This document shows, piece by piece, positions 16,303 through 26,015 of a DNA stretch of 44,111 bases (position 1 is its first letter; the number at the start of each line of letters is the position of its first letter). Both the position numbers and the translations under genes were made by a program. This DNA comes from a virus (lineage: Duplodnaviria > Caudoviricetes). The stretch lies in IMG/VR virus record IMGVR_UViG_3300034990_000013, positions 1-44,111 of that record; one strand, written 5' to 3'. The notes below the pieces were generated by a model, which searched no databases, was not told where the DNA came from, and saw only the letters and a program-made list of their open reading frames with translations.

Positions 16303-18241
16303 GTTTAAACATTTTCCTACTGATAAGTATAGGAATCCTTTAGCTTATCAATTAAATGGGGGGATTAATCTTCTAGATCGTCTTCTTTTAATGCGTTCTG
16401 GTGAATCATGTATATTGAAAGATCTTTATTATAAAAAAGATACATTAATAAAAAGATACCCTTTTACCAGATATAGTACGGAAGATTGGTCTTCAGAAGC
16501 GCCCTTTAAAGGCTTAACCGAATATATTGATACTGATAACAATAAAAGATTACTTTTCGCAACACAGATAGGTAAAATACATGAATATTTAACAGCTTCT
16601 TCAAGCGTGGAACGTGTTTCAGGTTTAACAGTAGGGCAAGATGTTTTTTTCTCTTCTATACTCGGCCGGGTTGTTGCTGTTAACGGGAGTGATGCACCGA
16701 AAGTAGGTGATAAAACCTCTTGGCGTGAATTCGGTGCTCTTCCGGCTGTTTCTACACTTGCTGTAACCCCAAGCGGTTCTGGTTCTTTTACAGGAACATG
16801 GCTTCATATTGTTGTCCCTGTTAAGGAAATAGACAGTGACACAGCTGAAATATACGCTGATTGGTCTAACATAATAACATCTATAGCTTCGGCAAATTCT
16901 CAATTTGATTTGACTTGGACTGATGTAGTAGATTCTCGCATTAATAAGTATTGGGTGTTTAGAACTCAAATAGGTGTGCAGGGCCCTTTTTATCGTGTGG
17001 CAAGAGTTAATACAGGTGTACAGGCTTATACAGATACCACAACCGATGCAAATTTAGAAGTTATAAAAGCTCCTTTATCTGGTAGATGGGGACAAGCTCC
17101 GACAGGTAAGTTTTGCGCCTTTTCAGGTTCCAGATTAGCTATGGCTAATTTTTCAAGTGAAGAAAACGCCGTACATGTAACTATGAGAGTTAATAACACT
17201 TATGATTGTGAAGGTTTCCCAATATCAGATCATAAAATATATATTCCCGGCGATGGACCTATAACCGGAATTGCTGGCATAGGGGATAGGGGAAATGAAT
17301 CTAATAGAACTAATCATTTGTTTATAGGTCAATTAAAATCATGTTATCTTCTTCCTGAAACGGACCCGAAACAGAAATTAATTGAAATAAGTGGTGAAAT
17401 AGGTCTTATAAATAACAGGGCTATAGTTCAACATGGATCTTATATTTTTTGGGTTGACGGAAGAAAAGGTCTTGTATTTTGGAAAATAGGCATGGACGCC
17501 CCTTGGGTTATAACTGATAAAATAAAACCTATCTTTTTAGGTGGTGGTAATCAAAGCCTTACTGAAAATCAAGCTGATTCGGATATAACACTTTCAATAT
17601 ATGAGGATCAACTTTTAATAACGGTTAGAGATGATTCTTCTAAAAACGGCTGTAATAAAATTTATTTAATGGATTTAAATTCTTTTATTCCTGATGATGA
17701 AAGCACGGCACGTAAAACAGCAAGGTTTACCGGCCCTTGGGAGGGGCCCGGATTCGCTTTAATGTTAGAGTTATCAGATAAAACACTATTATCTTTTGAT
17801 AATGAGAATGAAGAAATATTACACCATGATTCTACAGCCACTAAAGATTATATAAAAGGTGAATCAATAAATGTTAAACCTAGAATATTAACAGGACCAT
17901 TTTTAAACACTGTTTTAAGTCCTGTTAAGCATGTTAATTATTTTTATTTATATCATTACAGTGAATCCGTCCCAAGTGTTCAATTAATAGGTGAGTATGG
18001 GACAACTCAAACACCTGTAATAGTAACACCTATAACATATGGTTTTTTGTGGGATGATATAACATGGGATGATATAGAATGGTTGGAACCTACTTGGCAA
18101 GCCGAAGGGCCTGTAGATTGGAACGCTAGAGGTAAATGGTTTCAATTAGATATTAATAAAGATGATTCAGATATTGGATACGCTTTTTTCGGTTTTGCTT
18201 TAAAATATGAAACATTTGAAGGGATAGTAACAAATTTTTAG
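16295..18241 (+). CDS. tail nozzle / stabilisation protein (putative)
   Basis: 648-aa beta-rich protein after the adaptor; GGIN, VNGSDAP and a YWVFRT...YTDT Ig-like insert. Confidence 0.7.
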   Translation: MAKFKHFPTDKYRNPLAYQLNGGINLLDRLLLMRSGESCILKDLYYKKDTLIKRYPFTRYSTEDWSSEAPFKGLTEYIDTDNNKRLLFATQIGKIHEYLTASSSVERVSGLTVGQDVFFSSILGRVVAVNGSDAPKVGDKTSWREFGALPAVSTLAVTPSGSGSFTGTWLHIVVPVKEIDSDTAEIYADWSNIITSIASANSQFDLTWTDVVDSRINKYWVFRTQIGVQGPFYRVARVNTGVQAYTDTTTDANLEVIKAPLSGRWGQAPTGKFCAFSGSRLAMANFSSEENAVHVTMRVNNTYDCEGFPISDHKIYIPGDGPITGIAGIGDRGNESNRTNHLFIGQLKSCYLLPETDPKQKLIEISGEIGLINNRAIVQHGSYIFWVDGRKGLVFWKIGMDAPWVITDKIKPIFLGGGNQSLTENQADSDITLSIYEDQLLITVRDDSSKNGCNKIYLMDLNSFIPDDESTARKTARFTGPWEGPGFALMLELSDKTLLSFDNENEEILHHDSTATKDYIKGESINVKPRILTGPFLNTVLSPVKHVNYFYLYHYSESVPSVQLIGEYGTTQTPVIVTPITYGFLWDDITWDDIEWLEPTWQAEGPVDWNARGKWFQLDINKDDSDIGYAFFGFALKYETFEGIVTNF

Positions 18242-18249
18242 AGGTTTAT

Positions 18250-20478
18250 ATGCACAAGTTATTAACTATAACAGCTTTAATAGTAGCCGGGCTTGTTACT
18301 ACTTATTCTATAGATGATATATCAATGCCTACAGATTATAGAACCGTAACAAGCGGTTCCAGGAGTAATCTGGCTAATAATTTTGAACATATTGAAACTC
18401 AATTCAATAAACTTGTCGATACTGTTGAAAATATTTCCGGTGTTATTTCAGGTGTTACAGGTAATACTGAATTAAGTTCACCTGGTTCTATTGATTTACG
18501 CTTGGATAATGATAGTAATAGTTCTGAAACTTTTAGTGTAACAGCTGAAAGTTCTGATACACTTTTAAAAATATCTGAAGATTCTATTATAGCTGTTACA
18601 GGAACTTTAACAGCTGACTCAGCAAACATAACTAATATCACAATAGGGACAAATTTAAAAGTCGGTTCTGGTAGTGGTCTTGTTTTATCTTCTTCTGGTT
18701 TATTTTCTACGGTTACTGATAATCGTTCAAATTGGGACGCGGCATACACTCATGTAAGTAATGATGGTTCGGATCACAGTTTAATTAATCAAGATGTTAC
18801 AACTGGCGGAAGCCCTTCATTTCCAGGATTGACGGTAAACGGTAGAAATTTAGCTTTTGGGAAAACTTGGACGAATCGGACAAGCGCAGCGGATAATGTA
18901 TGGTATGGGGTTTGTTATGGTGATGGCCTTTATGTAGCTGTCAGTGCTAGTGGTTCTGATAGGGTTATGACATCTTCTGATGCGATAAACTGGACATCAA
19001 AAAGTATTGATGCTTACAGTTGGGCAGGAATTTGTTATGGAAAGGGAACTTACGTCACTGTAAGCGCTAATGGTGGCGGAACCACAAGGGCTTATATTTC
19101 ATCTGGTGGTAATTCTTGGTCCGGTCAGACCACGCCGAATTTAAACTTTTACGGAGTTTGTTATAGTCGTGAAGACGCTCTGTTTGTCGCGGTAGGTGAT
19201 GCAGGCGCTGTTATGTCTTCTCCTGATGCTCAGACATGGACAAATAGGACAGCTGCGGCAAGTCTGGATTGGCAGGGGGTTTGCGCCGGTTCCGGCGTAT
19301 TCGTCGCCGTGGCGCAATCGGGGACAGGAAATCGTGTAATGACTTCTGATGATGGTATTACTTGGACATCAAGGACAAGTGCCGCAGACGATTCATGGAT
19401 TTCTGTAGCTTATGGTAACGGCGCTTTCGTTGCCGTGGCTTGGGCCGGCGCTGGCACTAGGATAATGTCTTCATCGGATAAAGGTGTTACTTGGACGGCA
19501 CGGACTCCACCATCCACGGAAGCATTTAATGGTGTTACTTATGGTGGGGGTTTATTTACCGCTATTGGTTCCTCAGTGATAATGACCTCACCGGATGGAA
19601 TAACCTGGACTGATCAAACAGCTCCAAGCCAGGAAATTAAAAGCGTATGTTATGGAAATGGAATGTTTGTCGCCGTGGCTCAAACCGGTTCAGGGAATCG
19701 TGTAATCACTTCGGGATATGCTTTAGAACCTTATTCAGCTGTACATGATAAACACATTACTTGGGATGTTACCACGGCAACGGTGAATACAGGGGCTTCA
19801 AATTGGAATGATGCTTATACTCATGTAAGTAGTACTGGTGTTGATCATACTTATATAAATCAGGATGTTACCACAAGTGGAAACCCTTCATTTTCTGGTT
19901 TAACCGTTGGTTCTGGAACTGGTTTAGTTTTGTCTACTTCAGGTGTATTCTCAGCTGTCACAGATAACCGTAGCAACTGGGATGCAGCATACACACATAT
20001 TAGTTCAAACGGTACAGATCATACATATATCGATCAAGATTTAAGAACCACGGCTGATCCAACATTTGGTAATATTACTTGTGATTACATACAATTTAGT
20101 GGCGGTACTGGTGACGCTTTTAGTTATAACGATACTTCTTTCTCTGGTGATTTCCGGGGATTTTCAAGCGATCCAAATGAAACAGTAAAATTAAGTTATC
20201 AAGGCGATTTAGTTACTCTTAGTTTTAACCTTATTGGTGGTACTAGTGATTCTACCGGTTTTAAAATGGATGCCAATATCATTTCCGGATATGAACCAGA
20301 TAATGAAGTAATTTTTGTTGTAACAGGTCAAGATAATAGCAGTGAAATTTTAGTTGTCATGGCCATACAATCAGATGGGAGTATCAGATTTTACAATGGC
20401 GTTTATGGTGGAACTTTTACAGCTTCAGGAAATAAGTATTTACGTCCATGTGCTGTAACATACAAAATAAGCAATTAA
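18250..20478 (+). CDS. tail fibre 1 with beta-propeller domain and signal-peptide-like N-terminus
   Basis: NW(D/N)xAYTH shaft repeats flank about 7 WTxRT...YG.G.FVAV blades; begins MHKLLTITALIVAGLVTTYS. Confidence 0.8.
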   Translation: MHKLLTITALIVAGLVTTYSIDDISMPTDYRTVTSGSRSNLANNFEHIETQFNKLVDTVENISGVISGVTGNTELSSPGSIDLRLDNDSNSSETFSVTAESSDTLLKISEDSIIAVTGTLTADSANITNITIGTNLKVGSGSGLVLSSSGLFSTVTDNRSNWDAAYTHVSNDGSDHSLINQDVTTGGSPSFPGLTVNGRNLAFGKTWTNRTSAADNVWYGVCYGDGLYVAVSASGSDRVMTSSDAINWTSKSIDAYSWAGICYGKGTYVTVSANGGGTTRAYISSGGNSWSGQTTPNLNFYGVCYSREDALFVAVGDAGAVMSSPDAQTWTNRTAAASLDWQGVCAGSGVFVAVAQSGTGNRVMTSDDGITWTSRTSAADDSWISVAYGNGAFVAVAWAGAGTRIMSSSDKGVTWTARTPPSTEAFNGVTYGGGLFTAIGSSVIMTSPDGITWTDQTAPSQEIKSVCYGNGMFVAVAQTGSGNRVITSGYALEPYSAVHDKHITWDVTTATVNTGASNWNDAYTHVSSTGVDHTYINQDVTTSGNPSFSGLTVGSGTGLVLSTSGVFSAVTDNRSNWDAAYTHISSNGTDHTYIDQDLRTTADPTFGNITCDYIQFSGGTGDAFSYNDTSFSGDFRGFSSDPNETVKLSYQGDLVTLSFNLIGGTSDSTGFKMDANIISGYEPDNEVIFVVTGQDNSSEILVVMAIQSDGSIRFYNGVYGGTFTASGNKYLRPCAVTYKISN

Positions 20479-20481
20479 TGA

Positions 20482-22512
20482 ATGTCGAGAATTGATGATC
20501 TCAGTAATTACGGCACTGCGAAAGGCTTAATAGATAGACTAAAAGAGCTATATGATAATATAGGTGCTGTCGCTGGTGATATGGATTTTATCGGTGACAC
20601 CGGCGCTGGTAATATCGTCTTCAATTCCCAAAATTTTGAGATTTATGGGACACCGAATCAAGTAAATACTCTTGCCTCCGGCAACACTTTATCAATTGCT
20701 TTACCTCAAGATATACATTCCGGCGCATCACCTGCCTTTTCCGGCCTTACTGTAGGTTCGGGAAGCGGACTTGTACTATCAACCGCTGGTGTATTTTCAA
20801 CTGTTACCGATAACCGTAGCAACTGGGATGCAGCTTATACCCATATAAACAGTACAGGTGTTGATCATACATATATCGATCAAGATGTAACTCAAACTGG
20901 TAGCCCTTCCTGGTCTGGTGTTAACATTTTAACTGGTAATGAGTTAAGATTTTATAATCCAGCTGGAACTTTTTACACTGGTTTTAAAGCTCCTGCTTTG
21001 GCTGGTAATCAAATATATACATTACCGTTAGCTGATGGTAATCCGGATGAAGCTTTAATAACAAACGGTTCCGGTGTCCTGTCTTGGGCGGCTGTTACAA
21101 CATCACCAGGCGGCTCTGATACCCATATACAGTATAATAATTCAACCGCTTTTGGTGGGGATTCTGGTTTTACATATGACAAAGCTGGTACTGTTTATGC
21201 TGCTACAGCTTATAATGTCGGCGCTTCCGGTGTATATAAAATAAATGGAAATACTGTTTTAGATGTGTCAGGAACAAATGTTCTTAGGGTGGGGAATACA
21301 GGTAATACTACTACAGGTTCTAATAGTGTCTTAGTTGGCCGAAATATTTTAAATTCTCAATCTTCAACTTTGACATATGAAAATATACTTGTTGGTGATA
21401 ACATATGTAGTGGCGCGGTTTCCAGTTTTTATAAAAATGTCATAGTTGGTTATAACATTGCCACTCATGCAGATTTCCAAGGCATCAGGAATGTATTTGT
21501 TGGTCAAAATATTGCAACAAACGTACAAGGCGTAGCAATTGGCAACGTGGGATTAGGTGAAGGTTGTCTTTATTCGCTCATATCGGGTGATTATAATTTT
21601 GCGCTAGGCACATCTGCACTGTATAAAATTACGACAAGTAGTGGATGTGTCGCAATAGGCATCTCTGCTCTTCAGGAAAATCTTGCAAATCATGTAATCG
21701 GAATCGGACGTTACGCGGGCTTGTATGGTGTAAACGCGCAAGATTCAATTTTTATTGGAGCTTATTGTGGCTACAACACCAGTGAACGTCGTAACATTAT
21801 ATTTGGCACTTGGGCCGCAAGGTATCATTACGGTGGGCAAAGCAATTTCTTAGCCGGTTACAAGGTAGCTTACGGATCTGTATTATATAATTTTTATCGA
21901 AATGTCATTATTGGTGAAGAAGCTTTTTATAATGCGGCGACCTCCGGTGATAATAATGTAATTGTTGGTTATCAAGCTAATCGTTCCAACTCTGTCGCCG
22001 ACTGCGTAGTGTTCGGATGTTATGCCGGTTTTCATAACGCAACATCTAATGTACTGATAATTGATAATCAAAACCGGGGGTCAGCTGCCGCTGAAATTAC
22101 AGATTGCTTAGTTCGCGGTGTATTCAGTTCAACCGTATCAAATCAACTTTTGAATTTAAATGCGAATGTGACAATCAGACATTACTTACGAGCTGTACCA
22201 GAGCAGATTACAGCTACTAGTTCGGGGGTGGCGGCTTCATTAGCTTGTGTTGGCACTGATATCACGACAAACGGTGATTCCGATCTCGATAACGTAACAG
22301 TCGCAGATGGGAGTGATGGACAGTTAAAAACTTTTAAATGTATCGGTGTCGGGAATGCGGCTGATAGTTTAAAAATAACCCCTACCAATTTGGTGGGGGG
22401 TACACAAATTTCTTTTGGCACTAACCCTATCGGACTTGGTTGTGTGATGGAATTTTCTTCCACCGCAGGCGGTTGGGTTATTATTGGAAACAATGGAGGC
22501 ACTATAACATGA
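20482..22512 (+). CDS. tail fibre/spike 2 with adhesin-like beta-roll repeats
   Basis: one NWDAAYTH module, PGGSDTHIQYN, many NxxxG repeats. Confidence 0.8.
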   Translation: MSRIDDLSNYGTAKGLIDRLKELYDNIGAVAGDMDFIGDTGAGNIVFNSQNFEIYGTPNQVNTLASGNTLSIALPQDIHSGASPAFSGLTVGSGSGLVLSTAGVFSTVTDNRSNWDAAYTHINSTGVDHTYIDQDVTQTGSPSWSGVNILTGNELRFYNPAGTFYTGFKAPALAGNQIYTLPLADGNPDEALITNGSGVLSWAAVTTSPGGSDTHIQYNNSTAFGGDSGFTYDKAGTVYAATAYNVGASGVYKINGNTVLDVSGTNVLRVGNTGNTTTGSNSVLVGRNILNSQSSTLTYENILVGDNICSGAVSSFYKNVIVGYNIATHADFQGIRNVFVGQNIATNVQGVAIGNVGLGEGCLYSLISGDYNFALGTSALYKITTSSGCVAIGISALQENLANHVIGIGRYAGLYGVNAQDSIFIGAYCGYNTSERRNIIFGTWAARYHYGGQSNFLAGYKVAYGSVLYNFYRNVIIGEEAFYNAATSGDNNVIVGYQANRSNSVADCVVFGCYAGFHNATSNVLIIDNQNRGSAAAEITDCLVRGVFSSTVSNQLLNLNANVTIRHYLRAVPEQITATSSGVAASLACVGTDITTNGDSDLDNVTVADGSDGQLKTFKCIGVGNAADSLKITPTNLVGGTQISFGTNPIGLGCVMEFSSTAGGWVIIGNNGGTIT

Positions 22513-22841
22513 ATATTAAAAATGATAATATACCACTGGCTGATGCAGATATTACTATTACAATACCCGATGCCAGATTGGTAACGGTTTTTACAAACTT
22601 GATTGCATTAGAGGGACAGGAAATTGAGCTTTGCGCCACAAATTTTTCAGCCAGCAAAAAACTAGTTTTACCTATGAAAGGAAGTGATACTAATAGGCAA
22701 TATACTAGAAAATGTACCAGAATTATTATGCGGAACCTGACACGGTTAGGACGTCAAAAAGTGATTGATGACGAATATGAAACAGACATTTCCGCAGTTG
22801 TCAAAGGTACAGAGGCTATTCCTACAGATGTTTTTACTTAA
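22509..22841 (+). CDS. hypothetical protein, possibly a fibre chaperone
   Basis: start at MNIKND, ATGA overlap with fibre 2. Confidence 0.7.
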   Translation: MNIKNDNIPLADADITITIPDARLVTVFTNLIALEGQEIELCATNFSASKKLVLPMKGSDTNRQYTRKCTRIIMRNLTRLGRQKVIDDEYETDISAVVKGTEAIPTDVFT

Positions 22842-22991
22842 AAAAAATCAAATTTATATCAAAAAAGATGTTTTTTTTCTTAAAATTGTATAAATCAGAA
22901 GAAAAAAGTGAATTATCCGGAAAGAATTTAGTGCTTATTTTGCGATTAAAATATATATTAAAAAAAAAACACTTAAAAAGGAAGGATTGAA

Positions 22992-23420
22992 ATGATTAAA
23001 AAAAAATATGCGGATAAAATGTTTGTAATAACTTTTTCTGATCCAGAGCATACGTTCACATTTTGGAATAAGGATCAAACTAAACTCGCATTAAATACGA
23101 GAAAAGCTGAGTTATCAGCATTGGAATTAATGATTACTCTGGCGAATGCTAATGCATCTATGGCCGAATCATTCAAAAATGGGCAAATACTTTTACAACT
23201 TGATAATCTCAGTAATCAAGAGGAAAAAGATTGTGAATGGATTATCACACAAGATACTTTAAATGTAATCCGCAAGGGCCATAAAAAAGCAAAGGAAATG
23301 GGTAAACGTGAACCAGAATGGATTCGTCTTATCAGTCTTTTTGAACAATTGGAAAACCCTAAAATTTTAGATTGTGAAGACGATAACAAAAAACAAAAAT
23401 CTGATCATTTTATGGAATGA
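22992..23420 (+). CDS. hypothetical protein
   Basis: AAGGA RBS after a 150-bp AT-rich gap. Confidence 0.75.
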   Translation: MIKKKYADKMFVITFSDPEHTFTFWNKDQTKLALNTRKAELSALELMITLANANASMAESFKNGQILLQLDNLSNQEEKDCEWIITQDTLNVIRKGHKKAKEMGKREPEWIRLISLFEQLENPKILDCEDDNKKQKSDHFME

Positions 23421-23674
23421 ATGTAAAAGCTAATTATCAGGATCTTGATTATGATACACCGGTTAAAGATGGTGATCATGATGCCACTCTCGTTAAATAT
23501 TTTGTTAACGAAGCTGAGAAAACTTATGAGATAAATCACGGTCTTGGACGTATTCCCCAAAAAATACAAATAGTTTATAACCCTATATTTTTTGAGTCTG
23601 AATCTGAAGATGAAAACAGAGTTATTCTCACTTTTTTTGAAAATAAAACAACCGTAATTTTGAGGTTTGAATAA
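23417..23674 (+). CDS. small tail-associated protein (HGLG motif)
   Basis: INHGLGRIP, as seen in small phage tail proteins. Confidence 0.6.
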   Translation: MNVKANYQDLDYDTPVKDGDHDATLVKYFVNEAEKTYEINHGLGRIPQKIQIVYNPIFFESESEDENRVILTFFENKTTVILRFE

Positions 23675-25692
23675 TGCCGGATATACTTGATAAATCATTA
23701 AAAAACCCGTATCAACAAACAGTGGATAGACAACAATCATCTATCTCTAATCAGACATCGGGGGCCCAAACAGGTAAACCGGTTATTCCTTTCCGGGATG
23801 ATATTCAAAAAGAAGAGGATAGAAAAAGCAAAGAGCGGATAGAGACCATAAAAACAGCTGGTGATATAATGAAATCAACGGCTCAAAAACCTTTTAATGC
23901 TGTAGAAGGTATGGGTGTTAAGACACCACCTGCATATCAAGCTTTTGATGATACTCTGAGAAGACAAGATCCGGCATATAAAGCGCTTCAATCAGCTGTC
24001 ACCACTAAAGCTACTGAAAATCTTTTAAGAGAGCCACAAGGGCTTGGAGAACAATCTAAAACTATCGCCATTAATGATTTGGCCAGGGCCCTTATGGAAT
24101 CCAGAGCAGAGCAAAAACAAGAAGCTATTAGAACTTACGGTCCTGGAACTGGTCAAGTAGGTAGTGTGATGCGTGATTTTGACCGACAAGGGGTTTTACA
24201 AAGGCAAGACCTTGCCGGGCGTCTTGCGGTTGAAGATGCAGCTCTCAGAGATCAACAAAGCTCTCAAGCTATGAGTGACGCTATAACAGCTCTTCAGACC
24301 GGAACCGAAGCGCAAAGACTCGAAGTTGAACAGTCGATGCATGCTTCGGATCAAGCTCTCGAATTAAAGCTTCAAGAGCAAGGCCATTTAAACACGAAAG
24401 ATTTGGAAGAATATCGGGCTGATGTTGAGAAATCTCTTACTGAAATGGGTTTTGATCAACAAACAGCTATGCAAATTGCCGATCACAAACATAATGAAAT
24501 GATGCAAGCCAGCGATCAAGTTTTTCAGCGGTTAATGGATGAAAACGATAAAAAATGGCTCACCGGAGAAAGGCTAAGCGCTCAAGAACACGAAGAAAAT
24601 ATTCAAATCATACAAAACCGCCACGATGAATCGATGATTAATTTAAAACATGTTTTGAATTTAGAGATACAAGAAAATCAACATATTTTTGAAGACGCAA
24701 CAATGAAAGCAAATATAGCTCACGAATACGCTCTTACTGAATTAAAATACTCGGAAGAACAAGCGCTTCAACATAGTCAAAATGTTTTTATCGAGCGTAT
24801 GACGGAATTAGGCTTTACTCATGATCAAGCTTCACAGGCTTCGAAACATTTGAATGATATGGCGTTATTGAACCGGGAAATCGAAAGTAAAGAAAATATG
24901 TTGACTGTTCAAATGGCGGCTCAAGATAAACAATTCGCTGCTGAACTAGGATTAAAAGAGCAGGAAATACAACTTCAAAAAGATGCTCTCTTAAACGATA
25001 TAAGAAATCTTGATTTAAAAGAACGAGAATTGAGCCATATTATCGAAATGGAAAACGTTCAAAACGATTTAAACATGGTAGCTACCGCAATGGAATTATT
25101 ACCGGACGATGAAGAAGTTTTAAAGCCCTTCACGGACAGGCTTTTTCATACTTTAGCAAGTGAGTTAGGCATACCAGAAGAAGACATTCAACGTGTTATT
25201 GATACTTCTGGAACTGATGAAAGTGGAATACCTAAACCTACCGGCGATATTGATATCGATGCTCCGCGTACAATAAACGCTTATATCGACAACGGTGATT
25301 TAACTGGCGCCCGTGATTATCTTGACACTTTACAAACTGATGACGCTTGGCAAGCAGTTTTATCCGATACCAGAATTATAGACTCTATGGTTAAACAAGG
25401 GGTTATTGTTAAAAGTGAAATATCCCCGTCAACTGTTTCAAGAGCAAGAGACGCTGAAAAAATAGGATTAAAATTTCGCAGAGCTACCCAAGACAGTTAT
25501 GGTGGCGGCCATACCGATGTTGATCAATTAATCGACAAAGATAACCCCACCATAGCTATAGTCCGGGGAGTGCCTTATAAACTTGATTCATACAATCGTA
25601 ATCATATAAGCGCTAAAAACAATGCTGGTGATGTAACGATAAAAGGTATTAATCTATTAAACGGTAAAAAAGAAACTATAATGAGCGGGTGA
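23674..25692 (+). CDS. internal virion / DNA ejection protein (putative)
   Basis: Gln/Glu/His-rich long helical region; follows the tail genes; no tape measure gene elsewhere. Confidence 0.6.
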   Translation: MPDILDKSLKNPYQQTVDRQQSSISNQTSGAQTGKPVIPFRDDIQKEEDRKSKERIETIKTAGDIMKSTAQKPFNAVEGMGVKTPPAYQAFDDTLRRQDPAYKALQSAVTTKATENLLREPQGLGEQSKTIAINDLARALMESRAEQKQEAIRTYGPGTGQVGSVMRDFDRQGVLQRQDLAGRLAVEDAALRDQQSSQAMSDAITALQTGTEAQRLEVEQSMHASDQALELKLQEQGHLNTKDLEEYRADVEKSLTEMGFDQQTAMQIADHKHNEMMQASDQVFQRLMDENDKKWLTGERLSAQEHEENIQIIQNRHDESMINLKHVLNLEIQENQHIFEDATMKANIAHEYALTELKYSEEQALQHSQNVFIERMTELGFTHDQASQASKHLNDMALLNREIESKENMLTVQMAAQDKQFAAELGLKEQEIQLQKDALLNDIRNLDLKERELSHIIEMENVQNDLNMVATAMELLPDDEEVLKPFTDRLFHTLASELGIPEEDIQRVIDTSGTDESGIPKPTGDIDIDAPRTINAYIDNGDLTGARDYLDTLQTDDAWQAVLSDTRIIDSMVKQGVIVKSEISPSTVSRARDAEKIGLKFRRATQDSYGGGHTDVDQLIDKDNPTIAIVRGVPYKLDSYNRNHISAKNNAGDVTIKGINLLNGKKETIMSG

Positions 25693-25696
25693 AATT

Positions 25697-26014
25697 ATGT
25701 CAGTTTTAACAGGAACACTTAAAGGTGCTGCTGGCGGATTTAAAGCTTCAGCCAGAACTAGAAATCCTTGGTTAATAGGACTTTCCACTTTCGGGGGTGG
25801 TTTTTTAGGTGGACTAAGCGCTCGTGCTGATTCTCGTTTCGATGAAACAACAGAACGTTTTAATGAACTTCAAATGCAACAGCTTGAACAAGGGCTTGAA
25901 CAAGGAGATATGGAAATAAAAAAAGCCCGTAGATTAGAAAGGGAAGAGCGTCAATCTAAGAGACAAAAAAATCTGATTGGTCAGCGTTTAAGTACACTTT
26001 TTGGGAGACTTTGA
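25697..26014 (+). CDS. small ejection/pilot-like protein
   Basis: Gly-rich hydrophobic N-terminal half plus coiled coil. Confidence 0.6.
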   Translation: MSVLTGTLKGAAGGFKASARTRNPWLIGLSTFGGGFLGGLSARADSRFDETTERFNELQMQQLEQGLEQGDMEIKKARRLEREERQSKRQKNLIGQRLSTLFGRL

Positions 26015-26015
26015 A

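Noticed and set aside
18661-20922. Diversity-generating retroelement TR/VR pair in the fibre repeats
   Set aside because: No reverse transcriptase is encoded, and the differences are not adenine-specific.
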